A stretch of 64,000 nt of DNA from contig OX597814.1 of the NCBI GenBank assembly GCA_951406725.2, positions 196,726,001-196,790,000 of the forward strand, read 5' to 3'. Shown piece by piece: positions 28,994 through 42,327 of the stretch. The stretch comes from Octopus vulgaris (lineage: Eukaryota). The position numbers were made by a program, and so were the translations under genes. The notes beneath the pieces were generated by a model. It saw only the letters and a program-made list of their open reading frames with translations, was not told the DNA's origin and ran no database searches. How positions within the stretch are numbered: position 1 is the first letter of the stretch; each line of letters starts with the position of its first letter.

Positions 28994-30205
28994 AACAATA
29001 TATTATCTTATATGCTGCGGTCGCTAATTCCCTTGGTAGTATATTTAAATCATTTCTCTTTCTTCTCTATTCAAAGAACTCCCCGTCTGCAAAAAGAAAT
29101 TGATATTTCTTTTTTTTTGCGAAAGGGTAGTATTTAGATACATTTTAAATGGGTTCATAGAATTTTGGTATTGATATGCAGAATATTGCTACGAGATAAT
29201 TCAATTTCAACGTTCTATTCCACACATAACGTGTGCACACATATAGAATATGATTTGAATAAATCATTGTTCATTCACTTAACATTGGTCATGTATATAG
29301 CTAATGCACATGCATATATATTTCCAGCATTTGATCATTTCAAATCCACGCTTCTGCACTAATTTTATGCTTAGCTTAGTCTCTATTGAGGCAACAAGAG
29401 CTGTCAGTTAAGAAAATAACTTGGAGCAGAAATTTAGGATGTACATTCAGAGAAGTAAACGCGTTTATCCTTGTTAATAAATGAGTAACAATCTGGAAAG
29501 CATTTGATCATTTGTATGGTGGACGTAGAATTTATGTTTTTGCTAGAATAACTAACCCGTCGTCACATTGGCATTTAGAAGACTAAGAATTTCTCTATAT
29601 GTGCTCGATAAATCAGAAAAGGAAACGGAAATTTATGCATAGTCTTGTTTCTAGAAATTTAGATTACATTGGAGAATCCAATATTGATCGAAGAATAAGC
29701 CATTCAGAATATTCTCTACTCACTGACGATGAAATTCTTTGGAAACTTAATTCTTTTGAGAAACATTTCTGACATAGTTCCAGGTAGAATATTCTAATTT
29801 TAGAAAAATTGGCACAACAACAGTGCTTCTGGTTAAATCTGAAAAATACTTTGGTATAATGTATAATACACAGGGAAATCAAGTGGAAAATAATATTGTG
29901 TTGAAGAAAATAGGAACCGTAACTTTGTTCATTAGAATGATGATAAAAGAAAATATATTGGGGATGAAGCTACTCTACCGTGGTGGAGACGTTCGTGACG
30001 TTATATCGATGCACGTGTATATACATCATTGATCTGTTGCAGATTTTTATGACGGGTGTTCCATTTTTCGATGAAGAGGAATTTTCTACACAGAGATTTT
30101 ATAGAGTAAACGGCTGAGTATCCCACAGATAGTTTCAATTTTACTAAGCAGAATGAGCGCGGAGCAATGTGTCAAAAGATTTGATTTCTGATCTACTCAT
30201 CACAC

Positions 30206-30510
30206 ATTCTGTTGTGTCTGGGGAGAGTCATTTTCTTTTTGTGCCTTATAATGTAACACACACACCGGTAAAATTTCCACTTATTTCTTATTTTTATTTT
30301 CCTAAAATTTTCGTTGCGTCTTGCAACCTTTTCAATAGTCTTGACTCTTAGGAAAATAAAAATAAGAAATAAGTGGAAATTTTACCGGAGAGTGTGTTAC
30401 ATGATAAGGCACAAAAAGAAAATTACTCTCTCCAGACACAACAGAATATGCTTCAACACAAGAACTCATATAAAGAATCTTGCAAACCAAATTCCAAAAA
30501 CGAAATACTG
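30206..30510. mobile_element. Fold-back element, ~100-bp arms, hammerhead-like motif (minus, 30302-30338)
   Basis: 30206-30305 inverted against 30348-30447; one-armed homolog at 56560-56704. Confidence 0.8.
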
Positions 30511-30672
30511 ATTTTCACTCTAAAAGGTTGTATCGATACGAAAATAAGGTAGAGGACAATTCCTCAAAGAATTGAGCTTATTAATCTCTCGGTCCATACA
30601 CAAACACACACACACACATACAGAAGCGCGCGTGTCCACCAGTATTTACACCTCCCGGCGAGCTGGCAGAAA

Positions 30673-30907
30673 AGGCGGCGAGCTGGCAGAAACGTTAGCA
30701 TGCCGGGCGAAATGCTTAGCGGTATTTTGTCTGCGTTACGTTGTGAGTTCGAATTCCGCCGAGGTCGACTTTGCCTTTCATCCTTTCGGGGTCGATAAAT
30801 TAAGTACCAGTTACGCACTGGGGTCGATGTAATCGACTTAGTACCTATGTCTATCCTTGCTTGTCCCCTCTGTGTTTAGCCCCTTGTGGGTAATAAAGAA
30901 ATAAGTA
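30673..30907 (+). mobile_element. SINE family B monomer
   Basis: GGCGGCGAGCTGGCAGAAACGTTAGC head (stuttered from 30655), B box GAGTTCGAATTCC. Confidence 0.9.
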
Positions 30908-31179
30908 TTTACACCCCCTCATGCATTCTATTACTTGCTTCAGTCATTGGAATGCAGTCATGCTGGTCACCACCTTGAACGCTTTAGTCTAACAGATCGG
31001 TATCAGTTCTTATTTTCTAAAGTCTGGTACTTATTCTATCGGGCGCATTTTCAGAATCGCAAAATTACAAGGGTGTAAACAGGCCAACAACGGCAGGCCG
31101 GGTACAGACACAAGCGCCAAATGAAAACTCTTGAATATATATGTACATGTATATATCTCACTTTATGGATACACACATA

Positions 31180-31273
<94 letters not shown>

Positions 31274-31415
31274 ACACATCGATATATATAGCTATAAATA
31301 TATATACCATATATATATATATATATATGTGTTTGTGTGTGTGTGTCTGAGTGTGCAATTGTGTATGTGTGTGTTTGTGTATACATATATAAGTATATAT
31401 ACCCATAAATAAATA

Positions 31416-32325
31416 CAGGGTGCAATGGGTAAGTTATCGTCATATTATATTTTTAATTTCGCGGATGCGCAATGTTTGTTTTTGAGTTTGTCAACTACAC
31501 CGTATAGTAGGGTCAATTGGGCACAGCCTGAAAGAAAAACAGCTCTATGTCTCAATTTCCTCAGCCAGGGATTTGGAAACGACATGCTGTACTGCTTGGT
31601 ATTCGCGCCAAGTGTTTGGGTGTCAATCTGAGGACAAAACGCAATCTGAGGACATGTAACGAGAGTGATGAAAACTACTTTCCATTGAATATCATGATAT
31701 TTGGAATGGTCACTAGTGATGAGGACGTTATGCCTCCATTCCCTCTTCCCATATGGCCTCAGACTCAATACAATACTGAGACCTACAACAAGTACCTGGA
31801 GGAGGTAGTGCTATCCTGAGTAAAGAGGGTGGCTACTGGAAGATTATGTCTGGCAACAGGACTCTGCACGATGCCACTCAAGCAGGAGAACCTAGTCATA
31901 GCTATCAGACAATTTCTGCAACCACATCAATCCTAATATCTAGCCACATAACTCTCAAGACTCTAACCACCTTGAGCAAGTGTTTTCTACTATAGCCTCG
32001 GGCCGACCAAAGCCTTGTGAGTGGATTTGGTAGACGGAAACTGAAAGAAGCCCGTCATATATATGTGGTGATCCCTGCTGTACTCTTTCACCACTCTGTC
32101 TCCCACTCTTTCTTCTGTTGGCCTGCTCGCTTAGCCAGCGGGGTGGCGTCATTCGAAGGCTAAAACAATGCGAACGCATTGTGACCAGCGATGTGTAACA
32201 ACATCTGATGGTCTGGTCGGCCACGTGATCACGTGATGTGATATACATATTTATTATGTGTGTGGGTCAGTTGAGCGTGAGATCAACAAAACTCCTTGTA
32301 ACACGAAGTATGAACTGAAGGCTGC
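31416..32325 (+). mobile_element. Deleted maT/DD37D-like mariner, interrupted by SINE fragments at ~31968-32245
   Basis: TA|CAGGGTG start; IMIFGMVTSDEDVMPP, WQQDSA, then YYVCGSVEREINKTP after the insertion. Confidence 0.8.
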
Positions 32326-32644
32326 TATAATCGGTTTTCCAACGGATTTTGTTATTTCAGAAGCGTATCCGCAGTGGCCTCGCCAAGCTCCTTCCAGAAA
32401 TCGTCATGAGAATTGTTTGAGGTCGGCCATGTCTCAATCTCGTGTGTGCTGGTACATCCGTAGCGCTGCTTCTAAGTTATGTGTTATATCTGCAACTTCC
32501 CCTTTTTAACTTCACCTTTTTTTTCTCCCTCTTGATTACCAGCCTCCAGCCTGTTGTTAATTTGGGACCCTAGTGCGTCTATGAGTATAGCTTCCTTAAT
32601 GCTTAAAATACCCAAATTTCTTTCATTGCCCTAAATTGTGACTG

Positions 32645-32647
<3 letters not shown>

Positions 32648-32730
<83 letters not shown>

Positions 32731-33033
32731 CGATATATATAGCTATAAATATATATACCAGATATATATATATATATATGTTTGTGTGTGTGTGTCTGAG
32801 TGTGCATGTGTGTATGTGTGTGTTTGTGTATGCATATATAAGTATATATACCCATAAATAAATACGGGGTGCAATGGGTAAGTTATCGCCATATTATATT
32901 TTTAATTTCGCGGATGCGCAATGTTTGTTTTTGAGTTTGTCAACTACACCGTATAGTAGGGTCAATTGGGCACAGCCTGTAAGAAAAACAGCTCCATGTC
33001 TCGATTTCCTCAGCCAGGAATTTGGAAACGACA
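32648..33033 (+). repeat. Local direct duplicate of ~31190-31583
   Basis: Shared CACATCGATATATATAGCT through TTTGGAAACGACAT; ORFs 31425 and 32874 nearly identical. Confidence 0.9.
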
Positions 33034-33211
33034 TAGGGATATCTGAAGAAAGAATTTTATCCCAAAATATCATATCAGACTATGGATGATTAAATTACCA
33101 CAGTTATTATGGTCCATTATTCTTATTATGGTGTATTGTTCTGCCATGCAAAATATTTTATTCTTTATAAATAACACACAATACTTCAAGCGAAGTACAA
33201 TACTCTCATAT

Positions 33212-33590
33212 GGAGGCGCAATGGCCCAGTTGTTAGGGCAGCGGACTCGCGGTCGGAGGATCGCGGTTTCGATTCCCAGACCGGGCATTGTGAGTGTTTA
33301 TTGAGCGAAAACACCTAAGCTCCACGAGGCTCCGGCACGGGATGGTGGTGAACTTTGCTGTACTCTTTCACCACAACTTTCTCTCGCTCTTTCTTCCAGT
33401 TTCTCTTGTACCTGTATTTCAAAGGGCCATCCTTGTCACATTCTGTGTGTCACGCTGAATATCCTCGAGAACTACGTTAAGGGTACACGTGTTTGTGGAG
33501 TGCTCAGCCACTTGCACGTTAATATCACGAGCAAGCTGTTCCGTTGATCGTATCAGCTGGGACCCTCATCGTCGCAACCGACGGAGTGCT
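33212..33590 (+). mobile_element. SINE family C, full length
   Basis: A box TGGCCCAGTTG, B box GTTTCGATTCCC; homologous to 57265-57660. Confidence 0.9.
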
Positions 33591-33617
33591 CCTACTTTCA
33601 TATATATACATATATAT

Positions 33618-34003
33618 TCTTTTACTCTTTTACTCTGGGGCACCGCCTTTAGTCGAGCAAAACGATACCAGGACTTATTCTTTGTAAGCCTAGTACTTAT
33701 TCTATTGGTCTCTTTTGCCGAACCGCTAAGTTATGGGGACGTAAACACACCAGCATCGGTTGTCAAGCGAAGTTGGGGGCACAAACACAGACACACAAAC
33801 GTATACACACACACACAATAATACATAAATATACATATATATGACGGGCTTCTTTCAGTTTATGTCTACCAAATCCACTCACAAGGCTTTGGTCGTCCGA
33901 GGCTATAATAGAAAACACTTGCTCAAGGTGCCACGCAGAGGGACTGAACCCGGAACCATGTGGTTCGTAAGCAAGCTACTTACCACACAGCCACTCCTAC
34001 GCC
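33618..34003 (-). mobile_element. SINE family A
   Basis: Match to other copies. Confidence 0.85.
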
Positions 34004-34005
34004 TA

Positions 34006-34102
<97 letters not shown>

Positions 34103-34104
<2 letters not shown>

Positions 34105-34513
34105 TTACTCTTTACTCTTTACTTGTTTCAGTTATTTGGCTGCGGCCATGCTGGAGCACCGCCTTTAATCGAGCAACTCGACCCCGGGACTTATTCTTTT
34201 GTAAGCCCAGTACTTATTCTATCGGTCTCTTTTGCCGAACCGCTAAGTAACGGGGACATAAACACACCAGCATCGGTTGTCAAGCAATGCTACGGGGACA
34301 AACACAGACGCACAAACACACACACACACATATATATATATATACATATATACGACGGGCTTCTTTCAGTTTCCGTCTACCAAATCCACTCACAAGGCAT
34401 TGGTCGGCCCGAGACTATAGTAGAAAACACTTGCCCAAGGTGCCACGCAGTGGGACTGAACCCGGAACCATGTGGTTGGTAAACAAGCTACTTACCACAC
34501 AGCCACTCCTGCG
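34103..34513 (-). mobile_element. SINE family A
   Basis: Match to other copies. Confidence 0.9.
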
Positions 34514-35077
34514 TATATACGTATATACAGACAGACAGACTGACTGACAGATAGATGGATAAAATTGAGATCTGCTGAATAGATCGATCAGATCAAATTG
34601 AATCACGCCACTTATGATGCCTAGACAGTATGAGACAAATCGTCACATTAAACAAATCCATTCAGTTAGTCTGTGTTAGTTGCATCGATGAAAGACTGTT
34701 CACCGCCATTTATTATCCACCAAATTCCCGAGTAACCGATGTTAAGTGGAAATTTATGCGTGGCGTAATATTATAATAAAACTGTCGAATGGATTTCATA
34801 GTATATCATACAAACTTCTTAAGTGCATTACGTAAAGAAAATTAATTAGTTTTAGGACTAATTATATGTAATTAAACCAGTTCAAAACTTTGAAATCATT
34901 ATATTATAGCAACACTATTTATGCTATCAACGTTATATCCTTTCAACATTCTCGAATTCTCATTATAGTCTCTCTATAGTTTTAATTATTTCGCTCTCCT
35001 CACCCATGCCATGCAATGCTTTGTATATTACCGACTGCTTAAAATGGAGTCACACACAGTATATACATTCTTTCTAT

Positions 35078-35280
35078 TATTCTTTTAATTGTTTCAGTTA
35101 TTTGACTGCGGCCATGCTAGAGCACCGCCTTTAGTCGAGCAAATCGCCACCAGGACTTATTCCTTGTAAGCCTAGTAGTCATTCTATAGGATTCGTTTGC
35201 TTAACCTCTAAGTCACGAGGACTTAGACACACCAGCATTGGTTGTCAAGCGATGTTGGAGGGACAAACACAGACACACAA
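35078..35280 (-). mobile_element. SINE family A, 3' half
   Basis: Tail half ending in microsatellite. Confidence 0.8.
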
Positions 35281-35348
35281 ACATATACATACATACATAC
35301 ATGCATACATACATACATACCTATATATGTATATATACATATATATAC

Positions 35349-35383
<35 letters not shown>

Positions 35384-35404
35384 CATACATACATATATAT
35401 ATAC

Positions 35405-35461
<57 letters not shown>

Positions 35462-35492
35462 TATATACATATATATATATATACATATATAT

Positions 35493-35795
35493 AACGGGAA
35501 GCTTTATGAAAATAGACAAAAGACGAAGGCAGGTGGAAAACAAACAAACAATTGTATTAGTATGGCGCTCAGGAAATATAAATAAAACAAGTCTTTAACG
35601 TTTCGAGCCTACGCTCTTCAACAGAAAGATACACAGAGAGAAAAAAAAACACAGAAAGAAGGAGAGAAAAAAAATGCGTGCAGTAACTAACGAATCAACA
35701 TGGCGATCTGATTTCGGCCAGAAGTCAAAGATCAAACATGAGACGCGAGAGCGAAATAAGGGGAGATAATAGGGTTGATAACAGGGTTGAATGAC
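35493..35795 (-). mobile_element. Putative PLE terminal-repeat remnant with hammerhead-like motif at 35592-35629
   Basis: Minus: TCTTT-CTGTTGA-a-GAGC-GTAG-GCTC-GAAA-CG-TT-AAAGA. Confidence 0.65.
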
Positions 35796-35797
35796 CA

Positions 35798-36260
35798 CCT
35801 ATTAGTGCGTAGGAGAGGTCTGGACGTGTGTATGTATAGGGTTGGTGTATGTATTAGTATGTATAAGGGTGTGTGTGTGTGTGTATGAGAGAGTATTAGT
35901 GCGTAGGATAGGTCTGGACAGGCGTATGTATGGGGTTGGGTGTATGTATTAGTATGTATTAGTATGTATTAGTACGTATTAGTATGTATAAGCATGTATA
36001 AGTGTGTGTGTGTGTGTATGAGAGAGTATAAGTGCGTATGAGGGGTCTGGTCGTGTGTATGTATAGGGTTGGTGTATGTATTAGTATGTATTAGTATGTA
36101 TTAGTACGTATTAGTATGTATAAGTATGTATAAGTGTGTGTGTGTGTGTGTATGAGAGAGTATAAGTGCGTATGAGGGGTCTGGACGTGTGTATGTATAG
36201 GGTTGGTGTATGTATTAGCATGTATTAGTATGTATTAGTACGTATTAGTATGTATTAGTT
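35798..36260. repeat. Minisatellite, four ~95-130-bp units
   Basis: AGTGCGTA...GGTCTGGAC...GGGTTGGTGTATGTATTAG recurs four times with variable (TATGTATTAG)n and (TG)n. Confidence 0.9.
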
Positions 36261-36268
36261 GGTGTAAT

Positions 36269-36382
<114 letters not shown>

Positions 36383-36763
36383 ATATATATACATATATAT
36401 ACATATATATATATACATACATACGTGTATATATGTATATATATACAAGATAATGGCAGAAGAAAAATTCTAATGCCAGAAACGCCGAATAAAAAAATTG
36501 TCGATAACCATTAAATTTATGCGTATTGGGCCAATTTCGGGGTTAATTCACAAGAAATGTTCCCCTCTTCAGCGGCACATACGCGAGATTTAAATGAAAT
36601 ACTTATTCATACCCATGGAAGAAGCAAACACCAAGTCCCGAGCAGACTTAAGTACCCCAAATATATCCAAATAGAAAATTCTTCGGCGCACCTCGAGACA
36701 CGTGTGATTCGAACGAGAAACTTTCACAGAGTGATAGAATCCGGAAGTGAACATTAATCTATT

Positions 36764-36886
36764 TATAATTGATATAGGATAACATTTTTTTCGGGAGTAT
36801 AAATTTTACCTTTACAGGCATTTTTTGATATGCTAGCCATTGATAAAATTTTTTCCCGAAAAAGATTTTATCCTATATCAATTATA
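36764..36886. repeat. Imperfect inverted repeat, ~33-bp arms, abutting (TA)n
   Basis: TATAATTGATATAGGATAA...TTCGGGA versus TCCCGAA...TTATCCTATATCAATTATA. Confidence 0.8.
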
Positions 36887-36906
36887 TATATATATATGTA
36901 TATTTA

Positions 36907-36964
<58 letters not shown>

Positions 36965-37499
36965 CAGCAACACAATTAAGATTCAAGTGAGTTCCAATGA
37001 TTTCAAATGAATATGGTACTTAACTTAGATGCATCAGAATTCTTTATGGTATTACCATAATATAATGTGGGGTGATTATAACCAAGAAAAGAGCAACAAG
37101 AATGGATTAATAGTTTAGTACAATTGTTTCATACTAAGAACAATTTTGTTTAAAGCTGCAAATATTGCAGCAAATACAAATGTCCAGTATTCATCAGCTA
37201 AATCACATATATCTTTTTCAGACATCCTAGAGAATGTCACTATCCTCATGAAGTATTAGGAGTGAGTTTTATGAAATTTAAAGTCAAATTATAAGCAGAC
37301 TTAAAATGCTTTCTAATGATGTACAGTTTTATAAAAAAATTTTTAAAAGATTGTTAACTTCCCAGAGAAGGTGAATCCATCCATAAAATTGCAGATATAA
37401 TTTCCGGGGATATGAGTAAAGCTGTTGATCACATAGCGGTTCATTTCACAACTAAACTGTTGCAAACGGACCTTGCTCTAAGCTGCATTACCCATTTAG

Positions 37500-38066
37500 A
37501 AAGGAAGGTGAAATCACTAGATACGTAAATAAATTATCCAATCATCCCCCAAATATAATAAAATCTTTGGTTAGAAATATTTCCCTAAGAATTTCCAAAT
37601 TGTCATCTAATAATGATATATTTAACTCTCACTCTAAGCATTATAATACAGCATTATCTAAAGAAGGATATAACCAAGAGATTACCTTTATTGGTAAGGA
37701 GAGCTTACATATTCCTAATAATGGAGTGAACATTAACTATGTAAACAAGAATATAGATCGCGCCCGTAATAAAAATAAAAATAGATTTACGGTGACAACT
37801 AATCTAGCGTCCAAACCAAATCGTAAGAATAAAAATATGGACCAGAGTATAGGTAATTTTGATAAAACTAATTTAGATAAATCTAAAAAGGATACAAATA
37901 ATAGTAATAAGAATAATGACTCTGATGGGATCAGTATTAATTCAACTAACCCTAACTCTAATTTTAGAAAATATAATAAGGAATATATAATCTGGTTGAA
38001 TGTTCCTTTTAACTGTGTGATATTATCGGATATATACGGCAAATTCAAATTAATACTAGAAAAAAA
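37500..38066 (+). pseudogene. Penelope-like element RT C-terminal/linker fragment
   Basis: RYVNKLSNHPPNIIKSLVRNISLRISKLSSN..F......Y..AL...GY and IIWLNVPF are PLE-type motifs. Confidence 0.85.
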
Positions 38067-38178
38067 TTCTACTAACAAGGCTTTGGTTGTGCGAGGCTGA
38101 AGTAGAAGACATTTGCCCAAGGTGCTGCTCAGTGGGACTGAACCCGGAACCATGTGGTTGGTAAGCAAACTACTTACA
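38067..38178 (-). mobile_element. SINE family A fragment truncating the PLE ORF
   Basis: GGGACTGAACCCGGAACCATGTGGTTGGTAAGC. Confidence 0.8.
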
Positions 38179-38241
38179 CTTATTCCTGGAAAAATAGAAG
38201 TTGAAAATGCACTGTGAATAGTTAAAATATTTTTTATTAAA

Positions 38242-38299
38242 CTATTTGAAGCTTTAACCGGTTTCACAGTTTAAGCTGGTTTTCAAAAAGTTCAAATAG
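38242..38299 (-). ncRNA. Hammerhead-like motif, U3-A8 core
   Basis: CTATTTGAACTTT-TTGAAAA-cCAG-CTTAAA-CTGt-GAAA-CCGG-TT-AAAG(C)TTCAAATAG. Confidence 0.65.
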
Positions 38300-38497
38300 A
38301 AAGCTTGTTTTTCAAGCTTTACTCAAAGATGGAAAAATCGCAAAGACTGAAACCGGTACTAAAATACTCCCCATGATAAAATTACTGTAGCATTTTCTAC
38401 CTTATCTTATTTTCCTTATACATATGAACTCGCGTGTTCCTCTTCAACCTTCTACACACACACGCACACACGTACACGTACGCATACACACATATGT

Positions 38498-38532
<35 letters not shown>

Positions 38533-39048
38533 TATAGATAGATAGATACATACATACATAGATAGATAGAGATCAACCGGCCTCTTATTCAACATAACCT
38601 TGGCGTATGATTTATGCTTATACTAGTTTAAATGATAATTGCCCTAAAAACAGGGAAACATGAGTTATGTTGTTATCTTCCTAAATGTGTACTTGTCTCC
38701 AAAATATGAAGCCCTGAATTACAAAACCATTTGTTACTTCAATTTTCTGAGACTGATTTGATAAAGACCCGAAATAATAACAAGATCAAAAATATAATTG
38801 CATAACAAATTTAGGAAGTTTTGTTTAAATCAAATCTGTTTATCGTACATGAAAGTAATCTTGTATAATTTACTAGTCTTACAACTAATCAGGTTATATT
38901 ATTGTACCAAACAACATATATACATACACAAGTATAGACATAAATACATATAATTATATATATACATACATGAATATATATATATATATATACATATATA
39001 TGCACGCTTGTATGCACGTGTATGTGTAGAGTTGTATTCACGCAGACG

Positions 39049-39116
<68 letters not shown>

Positions 39117-39186
39117 GGAGTAAACACATAAATGTGAAACAAGGTGGAAAAAAAGAGTACTCAAATACCAGTGGTAGAGTAATATG

Positions 39187-39326
39187 CTTTATTTTAAGCA
39201 GCAGAAAATTCAACAAAATCTGTTACACTGAGTTTCTCGTTGCCGTTCATCAGACAGTTTTTGATGAACGGCAACGAGAAACTCAGAGTAACAGATTTTG
39301 TTGAATTTTCTGCTGCTTAAAATAAA

Positions 39327-39327
<1 letters not shown>
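39187..39327. mobile_element. Fold-back element, 66-bp arms, hammerhead motif
   Basis: Minus CTGT-CTGATGA-aCG-GCAA-CGa-GAAA-CTCAG(T/A)G-TA-ACAG; 9-nt spacer; (TA)n on both sides of the block. Confidence 0.8.
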
Positions 39328-39373
<46 letters not shown>

Positions 39374-40570
39374 CAGGGTGCGTAATGTATTTGAGAGCAT
39401 ATTTTTACTAGGCCCTTTGCTGCATTTTTTGCTTACAGTGTATAAACTTTCTTTCTGAAAATAATGCTGATAGACAATCAGCTTATTCAAGAAATGAAGA
39501 GGCATGCTGTTATAGTGGTTATAAAGGCTGAGCATAGCGATTTAGAAATATCTCGCTTTTTGAAAGTTGCCACATCTTTCGTCCACAAAGATTGTAAAGA
39601 GCTAGAGACTGAAGATGGAAACGTATCACCAGTGTCAAAGCATAAATAACATTCTAAACGCTCTGAAATCATCAGAACAACTTATTCTATCAAGCAAGGT
39701 CAACAAACCATTGATTACAATCCCAGCAGGCCCATGAGGTCAATTGCAAAAGATCTCCATGTTTCAGAAGGAACAGTCAGAAATGTTGCCCACGAAGACT
39801 TCAGATATACGTTTTATATTATGAGGAAAGGTCAATTTGTCAGAGAAAGCACAACAAATATAAAAATCACTACACCAGATCTAAAAGGCTCTTAAACAAA
39901 CTGAAAAGTCCAGCAGAGGAAGATTTGACTTGTTTTTTCTCAAACGAGAAACGTTAACGGAATAAATGACAGATGGTTATGTGCAAACCCTTCTGAAATT
40001 CCAAGTGCTATGCATACAAAATTTCCTGCAACTGTCATAGTTTTAGGTGTTGTCAGCAATGAAAGCCATTTGATGCCTCCTTACTTCTTTTTACAACGCC
40101 TTAGAGTTAACTCTGCCGCCTACATTGAGCTCCGGGAAATAATTGTTAAGTCCTAGATAGACAACGTATGCAATGGAAAACCATATGTGTTTTCGTAAGA
40201 CTCTGCACTATCACACGTGGTTTTAGTAACAGAGGAATGGATGGCTGAAAATTTTCATTACCAAATAACCCCTAACATTTGGCTATGTAATTCCCCAGAT
40301 CTAAATCCATTGGACTATTAAATGCGGAGCGTTGTTGAGAGACAGGTCAATAAACACGCTCATAACACCAAAGATTCTTTGAAAGCTACTATAGTCAGAG
40401 TAATGTCAAAAATGAACCAGGACCACTTGATTCGAGCATGTAGATGATTTAGATCTCATATAGAAGCTGTTATTGAAGTTGAAAGTGGTTTTATTGAATA
40501 ACTTTATAGAAAAGAATTTCTTTTTATCGTCATATGATTTTTTGATAAATTTATTACCTGTTATTATATA
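39374..40570 (+). mobile_element. Degenerate near-full-length maT/DD37D-like mariner
   Basis: TA|CAGGGTG start; MKRHAVIV...LEISRFLKVATSFVHK HTH-like N-terminus; KFPATVIVLGVVSNE; NSPDLNPLDY; several stops; right end replaced by a SINE. Confidence 0.85.
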
Positions 40571-40575
40571 TCTGG

Positions 40576-40712
40576 TTTCAGTTACCGTCTACCAAATCCA
40601 CTCACAAGGCATTCGTCGGCCCGGGGCTATAGCAGAAGACACTTGCCCAAGATGCCACGCAGTGGGACTGAACCCGGAACCATGTGGTTGGTTAGCAAGC
40701 TACTTACCACAC
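40576..40712 (-). mobile_element. SINE family A, 5' half
   Basis: Match to other copies. Confidence 0.8.
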
Positions 40713-41311
40713 AAATATATATGTATGTGTGTAAGTGTTTGCATACCACATCATTGACCTATACAATTGCTCTTGAGTAACGATGGGTTTTCTGACGCTG
40801 GCACCATTCAGTTTTTCATGTCAGTTCTAATTCATTACTTTCTTGCACTTTTCGTTCGCTTTCTCTCTTTCTGCTGCTGACACAACACCTTGTTTCGCCT
40901 TCCCTTTCTTTCTCCCTCCGTCCCTCCCTCACTATCGTGCTTCTACCGTAAATTTATCGCACGTGACATTTGTCTTTTATATTCAATATTTGCAATTGCT
41001 CCCGTACACAATCGTTGTTGCTTGAAGAGGATTTTGTAACGAAACTATTTACATTCTCTTAACTAAATAACTATAAAACATTTTGCATTTTAAATGCAGT
41101 ATCTTCTAATATTTAAATTGGGAATCCATTGCCGTTTTCGAGCATATTCACACACACGCACACACCCTCACACACACACACATACACATATGGGAGTATC
41201 GGTCTTAATGTGCCTGTGTTTGTACGTACGCACATTTAGATATCTATATATACGTGAATAGATGGTTTTCTGTCTACCGCATACATACATAAAGCATATA
41301 TACATACACGC

Positions 41312-41405
<94 letters not shown>

Positions 41406-41465
41406 ATAACAGTGTAGCGCAAAACGGTGGTATATCAGCATGGCCGCAGCTCTGAGCTGAAACTT

Positions 41466-41571
<106 letters not shown>

Positions 41572-41753
41572 ATCTATATCTACATATATATATATATATA
41601 TACATACATACTTATATTGATGGATGTGTACGTATGGATATATCTATGTGTGTGTGTCAATATTTTTACAAAAACACACATACAAACAGACGCATGCATG
41701 AGTCTATGCATCAATCAATATTTATCTATCGATGGGGATATATACATATATAT

Positions 41754-41899
<146 letters not shown>

Positions 41900-42261
41900 T
41901 TCTGTGTATACATTTCTGAACCATTGTTCTTACGCGTGAATGTATTGACGCTTGTGTGGCGCATGCAAATGTACCTGTATAATAGTTACATATTGCAGTA
42001 ACATATTTATATAGAAATATCAAAGGAAAACTTTCTCATTGAATATTGAAAATTGCTTTTAAGTAGTTTCCAACCATTAGATAAGGGAAGTTCGATGCCT
42101 CAGTTATATTCAATGTTGGATTCTTAAACTAATTTCAAACTTGAATATAACGAACATTCTCAAAATAATAATGATACAAATCAAATTTGATGAATTTTAT
42201 TCATGCCGACTCGACAAAATTAATTGTATACCAAACATGTTTTTACTACCACTATCATCAT

Positions 42262-42327
<66 letters not shown>

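Noticed and set aside
33212-33290. tRNA gene
   Set aside because: A/B boxes continue into a repeated SINE body; no convincing cloverleaf.
41015-41060. TTGAAGA...GAAA motif
   Set aside because: No credible stem I or II.
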